Position numbers and translations under genes: made by a program. A stretch of DNA of 63,972 nucleotides, filler included, from Thermoplasmatota archaeon (lineage in GTDB: Archaea > Thermoplasmatota > E2 > JACPAO01 > JAHFTW01), in assembly GCA_041623215.1 (NCBI GenBank). It is 8 parts of 8 records of this genome, joined end to end, with 100 filler letters (N's around TTAATTAATTAA, not from the genome) between each part and the next. Parts side by side here need not be neighbours in the genome. Positions count along the whole stretch, not along the records: positions 56,920 to 63,972 come from JBFJXH010000089.1; 7 more parts are not named here. One strand, 5' to 3'. Of the stretch, positions 57,094-63,972 are shown piece by piece. The stretch's first letter is position 1. Every line of letters begins with the position of its first letter. The notes below the pieces were generated by a model. That model ran no database searches and had not been told where the DNA came from. It saw only the letters and a program-made list of their open reading frames with translations.

Positions 57094-59307
57094 TTAGAGG
57101 AACTCCATGCCGCTGCCGCCGGTTGCGACCTTCTTGACCGCCGTTTGACCTAGCTGTTCGGCCAGGCGGTCGTAGTACTTGATAATCTCATCAGTGACGC
57201 TGGAGCGCACGGTGCGCAAGGCTTCCTCGAAGTGATTCTTGGTCACCTGTTTGGACTTCTTGTCTTCCCGCAAGGCAATGATGGCGGCCTCGCGACAAAG
57301 GGACTCGAGGTCAGCACCGACGTAGCCGTTTGTCAGCCTGGCCAGTTCGTCCATGTCCACGTCCTTGCCAAGGGGCATGTGTTCCGTGTGGACCTTGAGA
57401 ATCGCCAGACGGGCTTCTTCATCCGGGGCGGGGACCTTGATGAGTCGGTCAAAGCGACCGGCGCGAAGCAGACCCGTGTCCAAGATGTCAGGACGATTGG
57501 TAGCGCCAATCACCACCACGTCCTCCATACCTTCCATGCCGTCCATCAACGTAAGCATTTGATTGACCATGGACTCCGTCACATGGCTACCTTCGTAGGC
57601 GCCGCGGCGAGGAGCAATGGCATCAATTTCATCGAGGAAAATGATGGTGGGCGCCGACTGCTTGGCCTTCTTGAAAATCTCGCGAATGGCTTTCTCCGAT
57701 TCCCCAACCCATTTGGACAAGATTTCCGGACCTTTCACGGAAAGGAAATTCGCCCCTGATTGGTTTGCCACGGCCTTTGCCAACAGGGTCTTACCGGTGC
57801 CTGGGGGACCATAGAGCAGGATGCCCCGTGGCGGCCTGATGCCCATGCGAACGAACGCCTCGGGATCCTCGAGCGGCCACTCGACGGCTTCTTTCATTTG
57901 CTGCTTGACATCTGCCAGACCGCCGACGTCTTCCCAAGTGGTGTTGGGGACCTCCATGAGGAATTCTCGCAGGGCCGAGGGGTCCACAATCTTGAGCGCC
58001 TCTTTGAAGTCGTCCATTTGGACGCACATCTTCTCCAGCACCTCTGTGGGAACCGGCTCATCGAGGTCAATTTCGGGCAAGTAGCGCCGCAGCGACTTCA
58101 TCGCGGCCTCACGGGCTAGCGCCATCAGGTCCGCGCCCACAAAGCCGTGCGTCATGTCCGCCAACTCGTCCAAGGACACATCGTCGTCCTTGGGCATGTT
58201 GCGCGTTTGAATCATCAAGATCTCCATGCGACCAGCCTTGTCGGGAACGCCAATTTCGACTTCGCGGTCAAAGCGCCCCGGGCGTCGCAGCGCCTCGTCC
58301 ACGGAATCCGGTCGGTTCGTGGCGCCGATGACGATAATCTTGCCACGGCCCTTCAGGCCGTCCATGAGGGTGAGCATTTGGCTAACGACACGGCGCTCAA
58401 CCTCACCTTGGACTTCCTCACGCTTGGGCGCAATGGAATCCATTTCGTCGATGAAGACAATGCTGGGCGCATTCTTCTCGGCTTCCTCGAAGGTCTTCCG
58501 CAGGTTTTCTTCGGATTGACCGTAGAATTTGCTCATGATTTCCGGGCCGTTGATGGTGAAGAAGCTCGCGCCGGCCTCGTTGGCCACTGCTTTGGCAATC
58601 ATGGTTTTGCCGGTCCCCGGAGGCCCGTGCAGCAGCACCCCCTTGGGCGGGTCAATGCCGAGGCGTTCGAACAGCTCGGGATGCTTGAGGGGCAACTCAA
58701 TCATTTCGCGGACGTTTTGCAATTCATCGCGCAGGCCACCAATGTCTTCGTAGGAAATGCTAGGGCCCTCGACGGCGGCGCTGTCGGCAGCCTCCTCGCT
58801 GACCTTGATTTGCGTCTCCTCGTTGATGAGGACGATTCCCTTGGGCGTGGTCTGCGTGATGCTGAAGGGCAAGGCGTTGCCAAACAGCGCAATGTTGGGG
58901 ACCACCACAATGTCTGCTTGGACCACCGGGCGCTTCAGTAGGCCCCGCTTGGCCAGCGCATCAATACCTTCGCCGAACTGAATCTGCTGGTCCTGGCTGA
59001 TGGCAGGGGCGAGGACGACCTTCTTGGCGGCTTTGACCTCGGCCTTGCGGATGGTGACCTTGTCACCCAGTGTGACGCCCGCGTTTTTGCGCGTCAGATT
59101 GTCAATGTGAATGATGCCTTTGCCCTCGTCGCCTGGGTGGCTTCGCCATACGACCGCTGCGGTCGATTTTTGGCCGCGAATCTCGATGATGTCTCCGGGG
59201 GAGAGATTGAGTTCAATGCGGGTTTGGCCGTCAAGGCGTGCACGGCCGTAGCTAACATCCTGCTGTAGGGCTTCGACGACGCGCAAGGTGGCTTCGGTTT
59301 TTGGCAT
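57094..59307 (-). CDS. cdc48: CDC48/VAT family AAA+ ATPase
   Basis: N-domain plus two AAA domains (GPPGTGKT twice, FIDE/FLDE, RPGRFDR/RAGRFDR); C-terminal EFL. Confidence 0.97.
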   Translation of the reverse strand: MPKTEATLRVVEALQQDVSYGRARLDGQTRIELNLSPGDIIEIRGQKSTAAVVWRSHPGDEGKGIIHIDNLTRKNAGVTLGDKVTIRKAEVKAAKKVVLAPAISQDQQIQFGEGIDALAKRGLLKRPVVQADIVVVPNIALFGNALPFSITQTTPKGIVLINEETQIKVSEEAADSAAVEGPSISYEDIGGLRDELQNVREMIELPLKHPELFERLGIDPPKGVLLHGPPGTGKTMIAKAVANEAGASFFTINGPEIMSKFYGQSEENLRKTFEEAEKNAPSIVFIDEMDSIAPKREEVQGEVERRVVSQMLTLMDGLKGRGKIIVIGATNRPDSVDEALRRPGRFDREVEIGVPDKAGRMEILMIQTRNMPKDDDVSLDELADMTHGFVGADLMALAREAAMKSLRRYLPEIDLDEPVPTEVLEKMCVQMDDFKEALKIVDPSALREFLMEVPNTTWEDVGGLADVKQQMKEAVEWPLEDPEAFVRMGIRPPRGILLYGPPGTGKTLLAKAVANQSGANFLSVKGPEILSKWVGESEKAIREIFKKAKQSAPTIIFLDEIDAIAPRRGAYEGSHVTESMVNQMLTLMDGMEGMEDVVVIGATNRPDILDTGLLRAGRFDRLIKVPAPDEEARLAILKVHTEHMPLGKDVDMDELARLTNGYVGADLESLCREAAIIALREDKKSKQVTKNHFEEALRTVRSSVTDEIIKYYDRLAEQLGQTAVKKVATGGSGMEFL

Positions 59308-59481
59308 GGAGGTCCATCCGTGATTGGTCAGCGCTTCTATAAAATAGCTTCGCTGCTGGTCCTAGTTGAAGATGGCCTAGTCGGTTCAAAAGGGATGGCG
59401 TGCGAGTCCGGGACGGACAGAGCCCGGCTTGGCGGCTCGTATACCAATTCTTCCGCGATGCACGACGCCAGCAGCCCGACT

Positions 59482-62400
59482 TCACGCAGGAGCAAAGGAA
59501 CTGGAGAACGCCTCGCCGATGATCAGCGACTCGCCCGCAAGGGGCCCATCAAGCCAATCCACGCGAAGGGCGCGTACTGCCATGGTCGGGGCACCGGGCG
59601 AGCCACCTGGTTCTTGTTGGTTCAGGGTGACGCGGAGGCCCGGCAGGTCGATGGTTTCGTTGACTCCCACTGGATGGGACATGGCCACGCCCGCGATCTC
59701 TAGGTCGACAAAGTGAGCTCCGCCATCCCGCAGCAGGCCGGAGGTGCCGGCCGCAGTAGCTGCAAACACATCGACCCCGGCAGCCGAAATCAGACACTCG
59801 GTCGCTCCGGGCAGAAGGCAGGTCGAAGTGATGCGGGCACTAGCGGTGTGCCAAGCGTCTTGGTCATCCGCCATGCCTGTACTACGCGACGATCCCCCCG
59901 CCAGCGCAAAGCGGCCAGCCGAATCCTGATACGCTCCGACATCCGACGACTGGTCGCCCTCGGGGCCATCCACGCTGGCTACCCCGATCGGGTCCATGAA
60001 GGACCCTGTGACGAGGGCGCCGTGGCCAGCCACGTTGCCCACGGCAGGCTTGCTGCAAAGGGGTGTTTGGGGGAAGGTGGCACTGGCCTGCACCTCGCCA
60101 ATGCGAATCTCAACCGGTTGGTCGCCGGGCACTGTCAAGTCGCCGTCGACAAGGTAAACGTGAATCATGGTGACGCGCACGCTCGCCGTGTACTCCCCGC
60201 TCACCGCCGACGGGGCATGGTCCAGTTGCTCCTCACGTTCGTAGAGCGTCACATGACTGCCCAATCCGAACTGCGGCAGTGGAATCATGGTTCCAGGTTG
60301 AACATCTGTTGTTGCGACACCATCAATGGTGAGACCGTCGAAGTGCCCATTGGATGCATGCCAAGCATCGTCGCCGGACGCGAAGGCGGATGCATCAGCA
60401 CGAACGCTCGTGGCCTGCACGAGGCCATCCAACAGGCTCACATGGGACGCCTCCGCCCAAGAGGTCGAAAGGGCACCGTTGTCGTCGATGGCCTGGGCAC
60501 TGGAGCCGGCGGCTGTGCCAACGTGTGCCACTGTGCCATAGCCCTCAGGGATGTCTACGGTTTCGGTGAACTGTGCAAACGCTTCGTCGTCGCCCGCGCC
60601 AGCTTGGCTGCTCGCCGCGTAACCTCCCTGCTCATTGACCAAAGTGCCAACACTGACACGGAAGCCAAGTCCATGGCCGGCGGCAACGGCAGTATCGGTG
60701 TCCGGGCCGATGCGCAAGCAGACTTCTTGGCTGGACACGGTGTCCGTCTGGTCTGTCGTAAGATTAGCCACATTGCAAAGCTCGCAAACGGCGTGGGTAC
60801 TAACCGTCGCGCTGAAGAGCGCAATAACGACGGGGTCCTCCCCGAATGCGCCGGCATCCAACGTACCGAGGTCAAACGTGATATTCTGGCCATCGACCGT
60901 GCAGGTGGGATTGCAGGATGCGCTGTCAATGGCAAGGCCTGGCGGGACCGCATCCTGGAGGATTGCTCCCGTTGCGTGGGCATCGCCATGATTCGCGGCC
61001 GTGAACGTGTAGGTGACCACGTCACCTGGGCTGGCCACAGCCACATCCAGCGATTTTGCCAGCGTCAAGCTGGGTGCTGCGTTGACAGTGACATTGGCAA
61101 AGTTGCTCATCACGTCCTCACCTTCGGCGTTGTTGGCGGCACCTTGGTTGGGAATCGTGGTGGTGCCGGCCGGGAACACGGCGTCCAGCTTGACCGCAAA
61201 GGTCTGAGTGACCTCGGCGCCCGGCGCGACCAGTAGATGGGTCCACACCGGGGTGGCCGCGACATCGCAGGCAGGGCACGTTCGCAGCGTCGCGTGGGGC
61301 ACCACGCTGTCGGCGACGCGAACGCTGGTTGCGTTAGCATTGCCGTCGTTGCGGTAGGTTAGGCGATATTCGACGACGTCGCCCGTCGTAGCGGCCAGGT
61401 CTGTACCCCAGCCACTGGGATCATCGATGATTTCCCAGCCGCTTCCAGCATCGCCAGGGTCAGCCGGCGGCGGTGTGGTGTCCGGGTTCGGGTCGTACAT
61501 GGCCGCGGCCACGGCTTCCGCCACGGTGAACGTGGCACCGAGCGCCTGCCCAGCGACGGTATCGGGCACCGTGACGACGAGCTCAAGGGCTCTCACTTCG
61601 ACTGCCATCGTTCCCGTCAGGGCATCAGGCGCGTAGCGTTGTTGGTTGAGCACGAGGTAACCGACACCGGGGACCTCTACGACCGTATTGGGCGCAACAT
61701 CTGTGTCCACCGGCACTCCGAAAATGGTCAAGCCCGCTACATCGCTGCCGGAACCGCTTCCGGACAAGGTAGATGCGGCATAAGCATGAGCTGTTGCCGA
61801 CACCGCCTCGGCGGCGACCGCGCAGCCGTCAGACGACATGAGCAGGCACACCCCATGGGCCTCGGCGTGGGAAATTGCCAACGTGAAGTCGGGGTCGAGG
61901 GCCCCAACCGTGCGTGCGTGGCCGCCCTGTCCCTGAAGGCGACCCGTGCCGGGCGGCTGCTGGTAAGAGCCAGCGTCGACGCGGTGTTCGCTTCCATCAG
62001 AGGTCATCGTGGCACGGCCCGCTTGCGTTGACGGGCCGTCGCCGGAAGTAGAGGCAACTGACGCCTGCCCAGCCACTTCTTGGTCGGCGACGTCGTTGCA
62101 CCGGGGCGTTTGGGCAAACGATGCAACGGCAGAGGCCTTTGCGACCTCAATGGTCAAGGGCTGCGCTCCAGGCGAAACTGGGTCAGCATCAGCCAAGACC
62201 AGACGAATCATGGTCACGCTGATGTCTGCCGTGAAGGTGCCTGCGGTCAAGCTGTGAACCGGCGGTGTGGAAGCCTCCGTAGCACGAAGCACGATATGAC
62301 TGCCCTCGCCGAACACGTCACCCGGGAGGTCAATGCGGGTGTTGGGTGCAACATTGTCAAACGCCACTCCATCCACCAGCAGGCCGTCGAAACTGCTGCC

Positions 62401-63972
62401 AACGGCCGAGACGGCCGAGTGGTGGCCGGAGGCGCGGGCATCGGCGACAGCTCGAATCTTGTCAGCCGTAAGGAAGCCATCGAGAATGTTGAGGCCAGTG
62501 ACCTCGGCGACGCTTCGTTGGCTGCTGGTGTAGGTATCGTCATCGACCGTTCCCGCCGTGAACGCGATGGCAGCGTCCGCAGTGGCGGCTCGACCATCGG
62601 CAGGTGGGACCCCAATGGGGCCGGCCGTATCTTCGTCGCTAGCACTGCCTGGCCCCGTGCGGCTGCTCGATGCGTCGCCTTGGCGCATGGCCCCTACCGC
62701 GAGGCTCGTCGCTCGTCCATCAATCATGGCCGTCGATGCATCCGGCCCAATGCTCACAATGACTTCGGGCGACGCAATTGTGGCCCCGTCGTGGTGATTG
62801 GCACTGGTGGCTGTTGCTTGATTCCTAATCTGGCACGAGTCGTGGCTGACCACGAATGCGTCCAGGGTAACGACCACTGCTTCGCCGGCCGCCAGCGACG
62901 AGATTGTCCAGGTGGCCGTGTTGCCAGCCATGACGCAGCCGCCGGTGCATCCGGCTAGGGCAACTTCGCCTGGTAGGATGTCCTTGAGGAGCACGTCCTC
63001 AACGCCGGTCGTGCCGGTGTTGGCGAGCGTCAGCGTGTACTGAATGGCGTCGCCGGGGCTTGCCGTCGCACGGTTCGCCTCTTTGTCCAGCGTAAGCCGG
63101 TTGTGTTCGGCTTGAGCCACTCGCACTTCCTTGATGAGTGAGGATTGCGGCGCTGCGTGGACCAGCACCCAGGCCACATTGCTAGTCTTCTCTCCATCCT
63201 CAGTGCTCGTCATCGCGGCAGTATTCGTGAGGTTGGTTGCCCCGAAGGGGAAAACAGGGTCCAGTCTAACGGTGAAGTTGACAGTGGCCACACCAGTAAG
63301 AGCGTCCAATTGGCCGAGGTTCCAAGTCATGTTGGTGCCCCAGCGACCGCCGCCACTCATCGTGCAGCCATTGCAATCCAGCAACGTTTGGCTTGGCCCA
63401 ATCACGTCGCTGACAACGACGTTCGTGGCATGGGCGTTGCCTGTGTTACTGACTTGGAGCGTCCAAACGACAATGTCAGAGGGCTCGGCGGAATCATTGA
63501 CGCGTAGCGTTAGGTCGGGACGAACGGACACGCGCTTGACAATCTCCGTGTTGGGCCCCGCATAGACCCGGACCTGGACCGTGTTACTGACCACATCGTC
63601 GTCTTCTGATTCAGCCGTGGAAGCGGCGGCCGTGTTGGGCAAAATCGTTTCGCCGTTGGGGAAGATTGCATCCAGTTTGACAGTAACCGTCACTTCACGG
63701 CTTTCACCCGCTTCGACCGTGCCTAGTTGCCAAATGATTGTCGAGCCCGGCCCACCACCCGGCGTTGCGATGCACCCATGACTGCACGACACAAAGCTCG
63801 CGCGGTCAATGACGCGGTCCATCAGGGTCACCTGCGTTGCATCGGCGTTGCCGCTGTTGGTGTAGTTGAGCCGGAACGACACGAGGCCGTCGGTGGCGCC
63901 AACGTCGTCCACGCCGAAGGTGCCGCTCATCGCCTTGACAGCCTTCACGAGGTTGGAGACAGGTTGCGCCAC
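59482..63972 (-). CDS. Giant extracellular protein with DUF11 repeats and choice-of-anchor-P-like domains, 5'-truncated by window edge
   Basis: Five GD...Y.L...N.G...A..V...D DUF11-like units; four V.PNT.I.LPG-type domains. Confidence 0.85.
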   Translation of the reverse strand: MAQPVSNLVKAVKAMSGTFGVDDVGATDGLVSFRLNYTNSGNADATQVTLMDRVIDRASFVSCSHGCIATPGGGPGSTIIWQLGTVEAGESREVTVTVKLDAIFPNGETILPNTAAASTAESEDDDVVSNTVQVRVYAGPNTEIVKRVSVRPDLTLRVNDSAEPSDIVVWTLQVSNTGNAHATNVVVSDVIGPSQTLLDCNGCTMSGGGRWGTNMTWNLGQLDALTGVATVNFTVRLDPVFPFGATNLTNTAAMTSTEDGEKTSNVAWVLVHAAPQSSLIKEVRVAQAEHNRLTLDKEANRATASPGDAIQYTLTLANTGTTGVEDVLLKDILPGEVALAGCTGGCVMAGNTATWTISSLAAGEAVVVTLDAFVVSHDSCQIRNQATATSANHHDGATIASPEVIVSIGPDASTAMIDGRATSLAVGAMRQGDASSSRTGPGSASDEDTAGPIGVPPADGRAATADAAIAFTAGTVDDDTYTSSQRSVAEVTGLNILDGFLTADKIRAVADARASGHHSAVSAVGSSFDGLLVDGVAFDNVAPNTRIDLPGDVFGEGSHIVLRATEASTPPVHSLTAGTFTADISVTMIRLVLADADPVSPGAQPLTIEVAKASAVASFAQTPRCNDVADQEVAGQASVASTSGDGPSTQAGRATMTSDGSEHRVDAGSYQQPPGTGRLQGQGGHARTVGALDPDFTLAISHAEAHGVCLLMSSDGCAVAAEAVSATAHAYAASTLSGSGSGSDVAGLTIFGVPVDTDVAPNTVVEVPGVGYLVLNQQRYAPDALTGTMAVEVRALELVVTVPDTVAGQALGATFTVAEAVAAAMYDPNPDTTPPPADPGDAGSGWEIIDDPSGWGTDLAATTGDVVEYRLTYRNDGNANATSVRVADSVVPHATLRTCPACDVAATPVWTHLLVAPGAEVTQTFAVKLDAVFPAGTTTIPNQGAANNAEGEDVMSNFANVTVNAAPSLTLAKSLDVAVASPGDVVTYTFTAANHGDAHATGAILQDAVPPGLAIDSASCNPTCTVDGQNITFDLGTLDAGAFGEDPVVIALFSATVSTHAVCELCNVANLTTDQTDTVSSQEVCLRIGPDTDTAVAAGHGLGFRVSVGTLVNEQGGYAASSQAGAGDDEAFAQFTETVDIPEGYGTVAHVGTAAGSSAQAIDDNGALSTSWAEASHVSLLDGLVQATSVRADASAFASGDDAWHASNGHFDGLTIDGVATTDVQPGTMIPLPQFGLGSHVTLYEREEQLDHAPSAVSGEYTASVRVTMIHVYLVDGDLTVPGDQPVEIRIGEVQASATFPQTPLCSKPAVGNVAGHGALVTGSFMDPIGVASVDGPEGDQSSDVGAYQDSAGRFALAGGSSRSTGMADDQDAWHTASARITSTCLLPGATECLISAAGVDVFAATAAGTSGLLRDGGAHFVDLEIAGVAMSHPVGVNETIDLPGLRVTLNQQEPGGSPGAPTMAVRALRVDWLDGPLAGESLIIGEAFSSSFAPA

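Noticed and set aside
59345..59395. Possible heat-shock operator upstream of cdc48 (cctagt twice, ttgaa...ttcaa)
   Set aside because: Too short, and no counterpart seen upstream of dnaJ
1..63972. CRISPR arrays, transposases, integrases, rRNA or recognisable defence systems
   Set aside because: None recognised by eye; the long repeats seen are protein-coding

Overview
The window is not one locus. It is eight contigs or contig pieces of about 7-8.5 kb, joined by artificial 100-nt linkers (N44-TTAATTAATTAA-N44), so adjacency across a linker means nothing. The DNA is GC-rich and looks archaeal: archaeal phosphopantothenate synthetase, CDC48, Nip7-like/NOP2 pair, archease-RtcB, FtsZ1-type FtsZ, Bat-type HTH regulator, a tRNA-Phe without encoded CCA, and TATA-like boxes about 28 nt upstream of start codons. 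With DnaJ present and no strongly acidic proteome, an uncultured Thermoplasmatota-like lineage is my best inference. Most genes are housekeeping, metabolic or large surface proteins. Most notable: (1) a full-length cyanophycin synthetase with an intact primer-generating motif, coupled to a second CphA-like gene, in an apparent archaeon; (2) a candidate structured ncRNA of about 90-270 nt in a gene-free gap; (3) a Rieske-like protein that has lost all four Fe-S ligands; (4) a recurring xPGV-type C-terminal sorting signal; (5) a tRNA-Phe-linked repeat and palindrome; (6) a giant DUF11 protein with a nested cassette of about 565 aa. All calls come from motif recognition by eye; no searches were run.
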